Part shown: in pieces, positions 37,140-50,660 of the stretch | Position numbering within the stretch: the stretch's first letter is position 1 | Layout of the letters: each line of letters opens with the position of its first letter | NCBI RefSeq assembly: GCF_016433145.1 | Contig: NC_058135.1 | Coordinates: 229,399,566 to 229,463,565 of the forward strand | Length of the DNA: 64,000 nucleotides | Reading direction: 5' to 3' | Source: Gracilinanus agilis | Lineage: Eukaryota | Notes under the pieces: model-generated | The model's database searches: none | What the model was told of the DNA's origin: nothing | Seen by the model: the letters and a program-made list of their open reading frames with translations, nothing else | Program-made: the position numbers and the translations under genes

Positions 37140-39200
37140 AACAGTTTCGAACTGACCCTAATCTCAAATTTCCTAGTCTCCATTAAATATTAGGCAGCTT
37201 TCTTTCACCCACTGTAACTTTTTGGTCCAGATCCCCTCAGGTGCTTGATAAAGCTACCAATATATTCCATTGCATCCCCATCTTATTTTCCCAACACCCT
37301 TTATGAAACTGGGCCATCTAACAACATCTCCTCAACTTCCCATCTCCACTAGTCCCAACTGCTCACTGTCAGCCTCCTCACTAGACCTTCTGTCACAGAG
37401 GCCACAAGGCATCTCTGCTATTGATAAAGCTAATCCCGCCCTGGACCTTTAATCTCATTCCTTCCCACTTCCTGGACTCTGTACTTACTAGGAGCCACTA
37501 TACCTTATTCTTTTTAAAATTAATTAAAATATTTTCCCATGTTTCCATGATTCATTTTCTTTCCCTCCCCCTGTCCCAGAGCCAACAAGCAATTCCATTG
37601 GGTTGTTCAAATGTTGTCACTTGATACCTATTTCCATATTATTCATTTTTGCCACTATACCTTATTCTTGAATTATCATTCCTTTCTACGGACTCTTTCC
37701 CTTCTGTCTATAAATCTGTCCCTAATCTTAAAGAAATTCTTCTCCTTTGCTCTTTCTGTCTCATTTGGCCACCTTCCCATCTCTTTCCTTTATTACCAAA
37801 CTTTTGAAAAAATGAATCTAGCCCTGAAAAATTATGACTTCCTTATCACTTGCTTTCCTTAACCCTTTGTGAGGGGCTACTTTAACAGTGTCCTTCCTAT
37901 TCTATTGAAATTTGTCTTTCAAGTTTAATCATGACCTCCTAATGCTGCGATCCAATGGCTTTTATTTTTTCCCAACCCCAATCCTTTTGAAAAACGTGGC
38001 ACCTGTCCTCGATACTCTTTCCTCAATTTCAGACACACCAAAGCCTCACCTATTTCTCTAATATCCTTTCTGTCTGCTCTTTTGCTGTTCATCTTAAGGT
38101 TTCCCCAACTTTTCTTCTCTCTGCTCCCTTGGCAATCTCATTAACTACTATGGGAGGCCACATGGCATAGTGAAAGTAAATCCACTGGACCTTTATGCAG
38201 ACAACTCCCAAGTCTATTTCTGGCCCTGACTTCTCATCCATGCTCCCAGCCACCCATCGCCAATGACCTTTGCTACAGTTCCTACTCGGTCTTCCTCATG
38301 GTACCTCAAATGTAGCTTATCACCTTTCACCTAAACCTGTTGCTTTTCCGCCTTCTGATTTCAGCTCTTTTTTCAGTCATTTGTACCACAAGCCATCTAT
38401 CCTGGTAGCCCTGATGCCCAGCTCTTCTTTCTCGTGCATCTTTCATCTCCAATCAGTTACCAAATCCTGTCCATCTCTGTCATAGCCATGCCCTCTCCTC
38501 TCCCACTGCCCTCAATCTGTCACACCCAGCCCCTCTCCTATTTCCTCTTATCTTCATTTTAGTCCCAGCCCTCATTACCAGTCAGCCCAACTGTTGCATG
38601 TTGCCAGCACGCTTCCCCATGGTTCCTTTCCTTTTCCAAACAAGCCTTTGGGCTGCTGCCAGAGGCTATTTTCCTTAGGCAGATCTGGTCATGTCATTCC
38701 TCTTAGCTTCAAACTCTCCAGGAGCTCCCTCCAGCTTACCAAGCATGGCTCAGACTCTTCTGGGCTGCCACTCAAAGTTCTCCACAGCCTGCCATCTTTC
38801 CTTTATGGTAGCCCAAATGAATAAGCTCTGATCTTTCTTGATTTCTTGCCTTCGCCCATACTGCTTCTTAGGCTAGAATGTTGTCCTTTGACTCTTCTCT
38901 GGTTGGTGAACCCTGACCATCTATAAAGCTCAACTCACACGCCACTTCCTTCATCACGTTCTTCCTGATCTCCCAGCCCACAATGCATAGCAACTCTTAT
39001 TGCTCTGGGACTGTACATAAACACTGTGTTTTGTAACTCTGAAATGTGCTTTTTGGTACTATGGTAATCCATATATGTGCCCCAAACCTTACTAGCTAGA
39101 AAGATGACGGGAAGGAAGGATCTCGGTTTATCTATCAGTTGTAATTCCATTTGTCCTTAGACTAATACTTGGCACACAATAGGACTTAATAAATATTGTT
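37140..39200 (-). mobile_element. Long degenerate L2 with a small L1 3' insertion (~37520-37640)
   Basis: Pyrimidine-rich L2 antisense sequence (ctttatgcagacaactcccaagtc, resembling YADDSQI). Confidence 0.7.
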
Positions 39201-40289
39201 TGCATAAAACCAGTGATCACCAGCATTGTCAGTGAATAGAAAATTATATCCCTCTCCTTCAACACCCTGGGCCAGTGCTTGGCTCACCTAATGAGTAACC
39301 AATGGCCCAATTTTATCATACAGTAAGAGCTCGCTCATACATGACCTGTAAAAAGGGCAAAGATTTTTTTAAACTTCATGCCACAGAGCTGTCACTTCGG
39401 TGACAAGATGAGATGATCACAGAGGTCTCTCCCAGCTCTAAGACTGATTTCTAGATCTATAGTTTCAACCCTTTGGGAGTTCATTTTCCTCATACCTTGG
39501 CTGCCCCTAAAGTTCTGGCACACTGCTTCCAGGTGGCAATAGATAAAAAAGAAGCATCGTTTCAGAGGTCTTACACTGGAAGGAAGCCCATGGGATAACT
39601 CAGTATTTTGAACATCAGTCCCTCACTTCAAAACATTCGAAAGCTGCTGACTGGCTATAGGTTGGAGTCCAAATACCTTAGTTCTTCTCCACCCACTTCA
39701 ACCACAGGAAAATGCAATCTGCCCTTTTCTCCAAGATCTCAGCTACTTCTAGGACAATCAACCATAGCTTTATAAAACGAATCCCCAACCTCCCTCATCT
39801 TCTGTCTTAGAAGACTGGCAAGGGCTATTTTGGCAATTGGGGTTAAATGACTTGTACACAGACACACAGCTAGGAAGTGTCTGAAATTTAGATTTGAATC
39901 CAGGACCTCCCAACTCCAGGCCTGGTGCTCTATTCACTATACTACTTATCTACCCCTCAATTAGAGCTTTTTAAAGATCATTTTGGCAGGTCAATGACCA
40001 CTTTTCAATTCCACCAGAGAAATTTCTTCATTCTTAGCAAAAGTTATAGGCTAGAGTTCTCTTAGTGCTTTCCTTTAAAATATACCAATACATCCTTTCT
40101 TTAACACCAGTCCCCTATGTTATTTCATCAACTGGGCTGGTGGGAGAAACCAAACAGTTGGGGACCAAATCAATAAAACAGAAAGCTTCAGATACATCTG
40201 GATATCTTTCTGTAACTGAGCACTAGAATATGCTCATCTTTATTGTCCTTCTTACTTCCTTTTTATTTATTTTTTATTTTCTTTTACTT

Positions 40290-40487
40290 TTTTTTAAACC
40301 CTTACCTTCTGTCTTGGAGTCAATATTGTATATTGGCTCCAAGACAGTATTGTGGTAAGGGTAGGCAATGGGGGTTAAGTGACTTGCCCAGGGTCACAAA
40401 GCTGGGAAGTGTCTGAGGTCAGATTTGAACTTAGGACCTCTGTCTCTAGGCCTGACTCTCAATCCACTGAGCTACCCAGCTGCCCCC
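40290..40487 (-). mobile_element. SINE1_Mdo-like SINE, young
   Basis: Close antisense match to the consensus, with a T-rich tail. An older copy lies at ~39790-39960. Confidence 0.9.
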
Positions 40488-41173
40488 TTCACTTGCTTTT
40501 TAAAAGGATACAAAAGCTCTCTGATTACAACCAGTGGAAATGTGCGTTGGCCATGAGTGGGGGGAGAAGGGGGGGGAGGTGAAGGGGAAAGTAGGGGCAT
40601 AAAGTATGTAAACAGATTAAAAACGAATATTAATAAATGTCTAAAAAAAAAAAGCTCTCTGATCCCTCCCCAGGCTCACCTGCCTACTTGTGGCATTAAG
40701 CTCATTGCCCAGGACCCAGTACAGAGCCTTTTCTCTGGCTTCCTTTGGATCAGGCTCTTCTCCTTTTGACAATTGCTCTGGGCTGATCTCTGCTGCCTTC
40801 TGTAACCTTCCCTCCATTAGGAAATCCAGTGCTCACCAGATTTTTCATTTTTTCCTAAATCTTTACCTGCTAAGGAGACATGAACTCAGAATCCTGCAAC
40901 CTCAAATACCCCTTTGGTCTATTTTTTCTCTAATCATGACTCACCTAATCTGACCTTAATTTGCATACAATGGCTTTTCAAGTGCTGAAAAATTGCAATA
41001 AGATCTGTTTAAAGATACAGAGACAAAAGAGAAAGAATAGAGACTTTGAACAAAATTAACTCCACCCTTAAATCCTTCAGTAATTTCTAATAATAGGGTC
41101 ATCCTATGATTCTGAGCAACATTAGCAGGCCCAGATCCATGAAAACTGAGTGTCTGACATTCTTACCTCTTTT

Positions 41174-41480
41174 ATGGACACCCCCTTCCACATGGATGGA
41201 GTTAACGGTGTGCTGCCTCTATGATCTAGAAAATTCACTTTACCCTCTTTTCGTAACACAGAAGAAGTTCAAATTTTTCCTTTCATCGGGTGTTTAGAGT
41301 ATCTTATTGAAAAAGTATTTGATCAGAAACTATGTGTAGCTCAATGTTAACACTCCTGGCCTTTGTATGTTGTCTGTGGCTTCCACAAAACTCCCCGAAA
41401 TTTACATTTAATTTCTTATGCTGGCCCATGACATAATGGAACTGTGATTGGGAAAGTCATCATGTAGAAGGGATACTTGT
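41174..41480. mobile_element. Tigger-type (TcMar) MITE, copy 1 of 3
   Basis: Inverted ends tatggacacccccttccacatg ... catgtagaagggatacttgta. The internal ttccacaaaactcc...catttaatttctt is shared with the copies at ~48230 and ~60965. Confidence 0.65.
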
Positions 41481-42017
41481 ACAACTCTGAGAGAAGGTGG
41501 GTAGGCAACTTTTCTTTCTGGAAGACCAAAGTTTATTTTTTGTTCCCTGCATATAAAAACATGTTGCACATCAAATAACCAAAACCAAAACAGAAATACT
41601 CTACTAAAGACTCACACTTATGCAGAATAAACCTTCTAGAAATTTGAAGGCCTTTTCTGAAATCATAGTATCTCAAGGGCTTTCTGGTCTAACAAGATCT
41701 CTTCTACAACGTGCCTAATGAGTGGTCATCTGGCCATTACTGGGAGACCTTCATGGACCCTCATCCTCCTGAGGATAGGAGTGTCAGATACTCAGTTTTC
41801 ATGGATCTGGGCCTGCCGATGTATGACCCTATTGTTAGAGCTTACTGAAGGATTTAGGGGTGGGGTAAATTTTGTCCATTCTATTTCTGGACCACTCAAA
41901 ATACTCAGAGTTTTTCCTAACATAAAGCTTAACTTGGACTCTGCATTTTTCATCCACTGTGGCTGGTTCTTCCCTTTGGGGCCATGAAGAAAGATATATG
42001 CACCAGCCAGATATGTA

Positions 42018-42348
42018 CAGTGATCCCTCATTCATCACGGAATTTATGTTTCAGAGACCCCCGTGATAGGTGAAAAAATCCATGAAGTAGTAGCATTATA
42101 GTTATCTTATTATTTATATATATTTTAAGGCTTTACAAACCCTTCCCACTCCTATAAACCTTTCCCACACTCTTAAAAACACTTCATATGCTCTTAAACA
42201 TTTTCTATACTCTTAAATCTACATAATTTTAACAAAATCCCACAATATAGTGAAAACTTCACAATACAGAATTAGATATATATTTAAAAAAAACCCACGC
42301 TACAGTGAAGCTGTGATAAGTGAACTGTGACGTAGCGAGGGACAACTA
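42018..42348. mobile_element. Tigger/MER2-group MITE
   Basis: TA|CAGTGATCCCTC ... GAGGGACAACTA|TA, i.e. TIRs with a TA TSD. Confidence 0.75.
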
Positions 42349-44999
42349 TAAAAACCTGAATACAATTGCCATGTTTTGTCTGTCTTCCTTTTTTTCAGAC
42401 CATTTTCCATTATGCCCTAAATGTCCTCATCAGGAAACACATATATCAATGTGTTTCCAAGTTCATAGGATCATCGGTTTATAGCTGGAAGGGATCTTTG
42501 AGGCATCTTCTCCTACCCCTCAGTTTTCTGAAGAGATCAGTGAAGCCCAGAGAAGTTTACTGACTTGCTGGAGGATACAGATAGTAATGGGCAGTGCAAG
42601 AATTGGGGCCCAGGCTCTCTGACAAGCTGGAGTGTTCTGTCCACTATACCAAGCTTCCTGTGAACCTTTAATGATTAGTCTCTGGGATCAGCCATTCTAC
42701 AAGTCACAAAATCTAACATCTTGTATTGTCATGCAGCTCAAATCTCGATTTCCACAAGACCAGCTTGAGAGATGATGCCCAGTTTTCTGCTAAAGTCAAG
42801 GCAAGCTGTTTTTACTGCTGCCTTCTTGTGCTGTGTATGGCACTGCCTGCCAGAAACAAATGGTAGAGAGGATATTTGGGTGGGATCCTAGATTTAGAGC
42901 TAGAGGAGCCCTGAAACTTCACTGGAGGAAACTGAGGCCTATGTAGTGAGGTTAAATGATTTACCCAACGTTACAAAGGAAGGAAATGGTAGAACTGGGA
43001 TTTGAACCTAGGATGGACCCCCTGACCCCCAAAGCCAGCCATCTGGCTCAAGAAGTCAAGAAGGTGCATATAAAATCACTCTGTAAAGGCTCCCCTCCTA
43101 CTCTGACCCCAAGATAACTCTTTCTGCCCCCCCCCCCTCAAAACTACTCATTACTTTTGGATAATTTATTTTTCTCTCCAGGACTCCATTTGTTGTTAGC
43201 TACAACCTCATTTTTCCCTCCCAGAATCAAGTGGGAATAAGGAAAAGGCGGAGGTCTGATGCAGTTTTCCTTAAATGACTTTGCACCATGCTTTCTTCGG
43301 GAGTCACTCCGAAGTTACCTGGGTCCTATCCTTGTTCTCGTCTGGATGTCAACTAATCGCTGGGAAGAAATTAGCTGATCTAACTTCTAAGCATCACTGG
43401 CTCTCATAAAGGCATCTTCGCATCATGCTGCTCCCATGCTTTACTTGTAGCAGGCACTCAACCACAGACTGCAGTAGCCTGTGTGAGTGTGAAGAGTCCC
43501 CCCAGGGCTACTACTCTGGTCAGCCTGCTCTCCACTCCCCCTGCCCAGTCCACTGATCTCGGCTGATGCCAGGCATCGTCTGCAGGTGGAGGGTGGCGAC
43601 TCCTTGGCAACCAAGCCGTAGGGAGGGCGGGATCTCTGGGCTTTGCCCAAGGAGCCAGTAGTACCATGTGGGCTGATCTTCCTCCCTTTTCAGGATTCAC
43701 CTCTGACAGCCTCCTCCTGGCATCCTGGGGCCCTGCGTCTTCCTCCCAGCGGCTCTGTTCTAGGCAATGTCCTCTCCCCGCTTACACGAGGCACAGAAAT
43801 GCCTAGTTACAACTCCAGCGGACATATCCAACGCGGCTGCCTTAGAAGCACACTGTCTATGCTATAGGATTCCATAATTGCCTCTTTGCTGGTGCTTCGC
43901 TCTCCAATTGGATTTCTCTAGCATCTGGCCTTCTTCCTTCCTAGGCATTCCTGGGAAGGGCTGGGACTTCCTCTCCCAAATTTGTGCTATTTCCACTAGA
44001 AGCTAAACAAATCTACTCCGGGATTTTGTTCAGAACTTGCAGGCAGTGGTATTGCAAAGGTTCCTGATTCATTCTATCGACAAATATTTATGGATTGTCT
44101 GCTATGTGTAAAGCACATGAAAAGTTGAAAATGTAAAAAGAATCACCCCAGTATAGACTGACAGAATGTCAGTTTGGTAGAACCTGAGTGATGATGTGGC
44201 TAAATCCTTTCATTTTACAGGTAAAGAAACTGAGGCACAGAAGAAAAGTGACTCTCTCAAGGTCACACAGTGAGTTGGCAGTAGAGCCAGAACTTTTAAT
44301 TTAGCAAACCTGGCTGAGGTCTTCTCCTCTGCCTTGTCACCAACATCTGCTGACTGACCGACATCTGAGACGTTCTGCAAGGCTGAATAGTCTTCCATGA
44401 GGAACAAAATTTGATCTTCCCAAAGTAAAATGCTCAAGACTTATCAGGTCTCCTAACAGGTAGAAGTTTCTTCTGCAGTTAATAGGTGGTTTTGGGTAGA
44501 CACCTCTCTCAAATTGTTTTCATTTCCAAAATTCATTCCAAGAATAGCATTGAGTGGCTTTCATAACTATTAGGCTACTCTAATGGATGCTTCTGCTCTT
44601 CTACAAGGCTGCCTTTCACCTCTATTTAACTCTGACTCAAGGGTGCTGATCATCGAGGATGACAGAATGCCACTATTGAGGAAGGGCACTGAGTAATCAC
44701 AGCCCCCACTAGGGTGCCTCAGCACTCCAGTGATGGGAGAATAATGGATGGATAGGCTACCAAGAACATGTTGAGTATGGAATACTTATTGTTTACATCA
44801 GGTCTCTGCCTATGAGCCAGGATCACTTTTACTAGCAAGCCCTCAGAGGCCTCCGGCTGGAGAGTCTAAGCCAAATGATTCATCCCTTGAGTGGGCAAGT
44901 CTCTGCCCATTCAGGGTTCAGCAGGCAAGCATTCCGAGGGGTAGCATTACATCAGTGCTGTGGCCAGAAGAGCACAGCCCTCATGGAGGTGGCCCAAAG

Positions 45000-45600
45000 T
45001 GGACTTCAGGAAAAATTCCCCAGAGCACATATGGCAACAGAAGAGAAAGAGCACATAAAGGAGAAATGTTTGATGGTAGCACATAATATAGGCGCAAAGC
45101 CTTCCTCAGAAACAAAGAAGGTCCCTATTCACTGGAGAATGGCCAAACAAACTGTTGCATATAAACATAATGGAACATGTGTATACCCCAAATGACAAAT
45201 GGAAGAGATTCAGAGAAATATGGAAATATTTGAATGATGCAATGCAATTAAGTGTGCAGAACCTATAGAACAATATAGACCACAATCAAGATTATGTAAT
45301 TGAAAGGGAATCAAATGGTGAGTAATTGTGATGACCTATTTTAGTAAATTTATGGAGGAACAGGGAAGGAGTGTTGGTTATATTTATAAGAAACAGCCAT
45401 TGCATTGATTAATTTTGTTTAATTGTTTTTCTCTGTAAGAAGGGAGGGCCTATTAGATGAATGGGTGTGGGAAACAAAAAACCCATAATTATTTATTATA
45501 GCTGTGTAAAAAAAAAAGAGAGAAATGAAGGGCATTCTCCAGCCACATCTAATCCTGAAGTTTGGTTGGGGGAAGAAAGAGGAGATTGAAGGAAATAAGA
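45000..45600 (+). mobile_element. Old L1 ORF2 C-terminus and 3'UTR fragment
   Basis: ggagaatggccaaacaaactgttgcatataa is the L1 motif GEWLNKLWY. Confidence 0.6.
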
Positions 45601-46517
45601 CAGCCTTCATTTGGACCAATTTAAATGCAAATGAAGACTAGTAAATAAATATTCTGCCCTTCATACTGGGATTTCACTAAAAACAACTTGATGAGTTTTA
45701 CCTACTCAAGTTTTCGAAGAAAAAGGAATATATGTCTTTTATTTGGCCCTTAGAAATGATGGAGCCCACTCAACCCAAGTTCTTTGGCTTATGATAAAGT
45801 CTGGGCAGTATGATGAACCCAGGGATAAATGGAAAGGGTAGAAACACCACCACCCACCAAACCACCAACCAATGAGGTTTGATTGGCTTCCATTTGATTG
45901 CACCTGTAAACCACTTGAATAAAGAACAGTTATTTTTAAGGTGTTCATCTCCCCATGTCATTCAGAAATTTCAGAAGTGTGGCCACCTTAACCAAACCCA
46001 CGTAACCAAAGGAAGGAGAAGATTTACAAAAAACCCAAATCAAAACAAAACTGTAAGCAAAGGATCTTGACCATAAGTTCCAGAAAGGTTGAAACTTTAA
46101 TGTTAAAAAAATTCAATCTGCAAGATTTTTTGAATGATACTTGAAGTGTGTAGGTCCCAGAGGCCACTCTGGCCTCAGGATTCCAGGGACATTTGAAAAA
46201 AATCTATACAGGTAATCCTAAGAGAAAATATGCTAAACAAGTGAACTACTGTAACTCAGCTGAGTTGCTTCTTTCTGGTCTGGTTGAAGACTCAGCTTCC
46301 ATAACCTCATCCCAATGCTCATCTGTTGAATTCATGAGCCACTTTTTATTCTTTGAGTCCACAAATGCACACACCATGCAGTTACAGTACTAGTGATGTT
46401 AGAGGCAGTTTGGCACACACTTAGCACAAATACTTGGGGTTCCCTATCATGTTTTCCTCTTTTTTGGCAAGAGACACAAAAAGCAACTCCATTCAGGGCT
46501 TCAAATTTTCCCATACG

Positions 46518-46548
<31 letters not shown>

Positions 46549-47299
46549 AGCAACATAGTGTTCTGAGCAAAATGGTGAAAAATGTAAGATGAATGAATTT
46601 TTTTTTAAAGTCCATCAAGTGCTTAATAACTGCCAAGCACTGTGCTAAGTACTGGAACTACAATTACAGAAATGAGATAGCTCTTGCCCTCAAAGCGCTT
46701 AACAAGATTAGATTTTGGGAAAACTAAGATTTGGCTTATTTTTCATGGACAAGGAGCTGTCAGAAAACACAGTGGCAGCCTCTAAGCTGGCCAAGGTTGA
46801 TGCTAGTGTCAGTGCTTGAAAGAGATGTTTTCTGTTTCCAAATTGACTATTTTGTGATGTTTCTCTAAAAACACTTAGATGGAGATGGAATCAAGGGAAT
46901 TCCTGGCTCTGCTATTAACTACTCACTCATACAAATTTAAGACTACTGCCCTTTCTATACTCTAGTTTCCTCATAGGAAACATTAGGGGTTCAATATGAT
47001 AGTACCTTCTGGCTTGAAATCCTTGAAGTTCATGCTATTAACAATTTTAATTGCTGATTTAAAAAGCAAAAAACCAAAAGAAAATGAAAACAGACCCATG
47101 GAATGATAGGCTAGATTCTGGGGCCCTTGATTACCACTCAGATTTCCTTTCCTTCAAAGTCTTATGGGTAATTCCTTTCATGGAATGATACACATGTCCT
47201 GCTGGTTGACAAGGTCTAGAGTGGTCATGGGAACAATTTGAAAAGCCATCTAATTCTATCCTGATAGCTCATGGATACGTAGGTCAAGACACCAAAAGG

Positions 47300-47850
47300 G
47301 CAAGTTTATTTATTCATTCAATCAATGATGATTTATTGACTACCTACTAAGTGAAAGAAAGACCCTGTTTTAGGAGGAGGGGGGATGGCCAGAAGACTAA
47401 AACATAATCTTTGCCCTAAAGAAGCTCAGTCTGGTGATAGAGGATGAGAGGCCCACAGATGACTTCAGCAGAAGGTAGGATGTGAGATAAGTGATACAGG
47501 CAGATTGCTCTAAGAATTAAGAGGGGGCAGAGATCCTCAGTTTGGAAAAGCAATGAAAAGCTCCATGTAAAAATGCCATTTTTAGACACACTTTGATGAA
47601 TGGCTAGGGTTTTAGTGACTAGAGATAGTGTTAGAGGGATTTTAAAAAAGGTGCAGAGCGATGAAAGCCCAAGAGTTGACAGGAAATGATCTGGCTGGAG
47701 CAAACAATATAGAGAAGGGATACTGTCTGAAATGGTAAACTGTGACCAAGTTGCAGAAGATCCTCAAAAGCAACCAAGGAATAGAGTTAGAAGTCTTATT
47801 CAGTAGGAAAGAAGAGAAAAGATTTTGGGAGTAGAGGAGTGATATCATTT
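47300..47850 (+). mobile_element. L2 3' fragment
   Basis: ttcattcaatcaat...atttattgactacctac is the L2 3' region. Confidence 0.6.
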
Positions 47851-47877
47851 GTGTCTCAGGAAGCTATAGGGTGGTAG

Positions 47878-48335
47878 GGGAATCCCTTCCCCATCCTGGG
47901 ATTAGGAGTGTGGCTCCTCACATGATATGGAACATCTGCGCAGAGGTTTTTGGCCTCTCCCTGTACCAGAGAAGAAGTTTGAATTGTTTCTTCTTCCTTT
48001 TTTAATGGGGAATTTACAATTAAGATATTCTACATTTTCTAGTTTTTATGTGTTTGCTAGCTTTTGCATTCTTTTTACAAACTTTAAAAAAAGAATTTGT
48101 GTATATTTGTGGTATTAAAGGATAAAATATGTTGATATACATTATACATATGTTTTATGCATCTCTGAGTTTCTAAACTTTTTTTTTTTGTCATCTGCTG
48201 GCCTGTGTGTGTTGTCTAAGGCTTCTACAAAACTCCCTCCCCTCCCCTAAATTTTCATTTAATTTCTTTTGCTGACCCATGATATATCAAAACCACAATG
48301 GGGAAAGTCACAATGTGGAAGGGATACCTTATACT
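47878..48335. mobile_element. Tigger-type MITE, copy 2 of 3 (longer)
   Basis: gggaatcccttccccatc ... atgtggaagggataccttata. Confidence 0.6.
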
Positions 48336-48494
48336 ATATAGGATGAATTTGATTGGAAAGCATCTAGAAATGGAAACACCAGTTATAATAGCTCACATGA
48401 AAAGGAATGAGGGATTGGAACTGGGTGATGATTATGGAAAGAGGATGGGATGGGGAGACCTTTTATATAGATAGAATTAGGTGGGATTTCACGG

Positions 48495-48700
48495 GCAGCT
48501 ACGTGATGTGGTGGATAGAGCACTAAGCCTGGAGTCAAGAAAACTTGAGTTCTGGCTCTGACATTTACTGTCATGTGATCCTACACAAGGCATTTAACTC
48601 TGCTTGCCTTTGCTTCCTTATATATAAAATGAGCCAGAGATGGAAATGGCAAAGCACTCCAGTATCTGCCAAAAAAAAAAAAACCCTAAGTGGGTTTTTA
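48495..48700 (+). mobile_element. Mar1-type CORE-SINE
   Basis: Head gggcagctacgtgatgtggtggatagagcact and RTE-like tail. Confidence 0.75.
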
Positions 48701-49625
48701 CTTTAGGTGAATGGGAAATAGTGGTATCATTAACAACAATGACGAAAAAGGTTAGGCTATGTGACTTCCCTAGGTTCATAGAGCAACTTAATGATAGAGC
48801 TGGGATTAGAATTTCAGGCTTCTTGACTCCCCATCCCGGGTCCTCCCCACTATATCTTGCTGCTTCCTATGAAGGAAACATGACATTTTGGTGTTACTAC
48901 AGATATAATTGTGCTAGCTTCAGTTGGGCTTGTTTCATAAAATATTCCGTCAAGAGAAACCTGTGCAAAACGGCTTTCTAAAACAAATTAGCACATATTT
49001 TTGTCATTGGAATTTTATGGATTAGTGAAATGCTAAGAGCCATTCTTAGAAGAGGTATTAAAAAAATTCTTAAACCGAAGCCCAAAATAGGGGAAGCAAA
49101 GCAGGTGCCCATCACTTGGGAAATGGGTGAAAAAATAGTGGCAGAGCAATAAGAATGACAAATATGAAGAATAAACGTGCATGAACGGATGCAGAGCAAA
49201 GTTAAAGAACCCAGAAAGAAGGCTCTAGTTGGTGAATGTAAGAAAACACAAGAACCCTGATCGATGCAATGAGCACCTCTGACTCCAGAGGACTGAGGAT
49301 CACACAGAGTGGAGTGTGGGCACCTACTGTTAGACTTGGTCAAAGGTTGAGTTTGTTTTGCCTGACTGCACTTCTTCGTACAAGGAAGAGAGCTGGTTAT
49401 TAAGAGATGATAGTGATGGAAAAACCCAAAAGTATCAAAGAAGTTACTGGTAGGGGAAGGGGAGGAATCCTACCTATGCTTTTATAGGGAACTCCCAATA
49501 AGGAAATTCCCTTTACTAAGAGAGATCAGCAAGATCAGCTCGGCAAGTTAAAGACTTAGTTTCTTGGGGCATATCCAGAGTCACAGTCAGTGTATATCAG
49601 AAGACTATTTGAATTCAGGTCTTCT

Positions 49626-50040
49626 GGGGCAGGTAGGTGGCTCAGTGGATAGATATGTTGTCTCCTCACTGTCATTCTCTTCAATGAAATCAGTCATTGT
49701 TTCTATGATTTGTTTTTTGACCCACCAATTTTGAAGAATTAAAATTATTTAGTTCCCAATTAATTTTAAATTTCCCTCTCCAAGAACCCGTATTAATTAT
49801 AATTTTTATCGCATTATGATCTGGAAAAGTTGCATTTGTTATTTCTGCTTTTCTGCATTTGTTTGCAATGGCTCAGTGGATAGAAAGCAAGGTCTGGAGA
49901 GGGGAGATCCTAGCCTCAGAAACTTTATGGTGGTGTGACCCTGGGCAAGTCATTTAATCCCAATTGCCTAGCTCTTCTGCCCTGGAACCAACACTTAATA
50001 TCAATTCAAAGACAGAAGATAAGGGCTAATTTTTTAAAAA
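49626..50040 (+). mobile_element. SINE1_Mdo-like SINE split by an internal L1 fragment
   Basis: TGGCTCAGTGGATAGA is duplicated at 49638-49653 and 49869-49884. Confidence 0.85.
49654..49868 (-). mobile_element. L1 ORF2 endonuclease C-terminal and linker fragment (215 nt)
   Basis: Translates as ANKCRKAEITNATFPDHNAIKIIINTGSWRGKFKINWELNN/ILQNWWVKKQIIETMTDFIEENDSEETT with one frameshift. This matches the L1 (S)DHN..IK...WKLNN...W motif. Confidence 0.9.
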
Positions 50041-50660
50041 AAAAATTGAGGTTTTCCCAAGTCTGAGGCTGGCTCACTAGAACATATGCAGCCTCTCTGT
50101 TAATAAAGCACTAAAAGAAAAAAATCCGGGCCTGATTAGTAGAAGCGGCAGGCCCCCAATTTGTCACCGGCCTTTGACATAGTCTTCGGACTTCTATTCT
50201 CCTCATTCAGTTGTTCCCTGTTTCTACTGTAAAGAGGCCTTTCTGGATCGCTAACCTAAGGTACCTGGTAGATGGCACGGGACAAGGGCAGAAACATGTA
50301 CCTGCTGTGCTCCGGGTAATTAAGATCTGACATGTAAACACATTTACTCTGCTTTTCCGGCCTACATCTTTCCTTACCCACTCCTGAAAGTGAAACTGGC
50401 TGCCTCCACCTCGCCAAAGTCCACCGGACTCTCGGAACCGGTCTTTGGCTGTTTCTATTTAATTCCTCTGAATCACTCGACAAAGTCATTCTCTCAAAAA
50501 CTGTGTTGGGCTGACATTCACCCACGGATGATATTTAAGTGAAATTGGACAACAGAGGGCTGTTGTGCTGAATTAACTTCTGAGAAGTGTCTGCTGTGCT
50601 GCCAGGTTTAACCTGCTCAACAGGTTATGGCTGGCCTTCTCCCCCCCTTCACTCCCAGGT

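Noticed and set aside
43250-43900. Unique segment with several minus-strand donors and ORFs
   Set aside because: No ATG-donor combination is in phase with the downstream exon and no peptide is recognisable. It may be regulatory, but the sequence alone does not support that.
46253-46266. Perfect 14-bp palindrome AACTCAGCTGAGTT
   Set aside because: A few palindromes of this length are expected by chance in 64 kb, and there is no supporting context.
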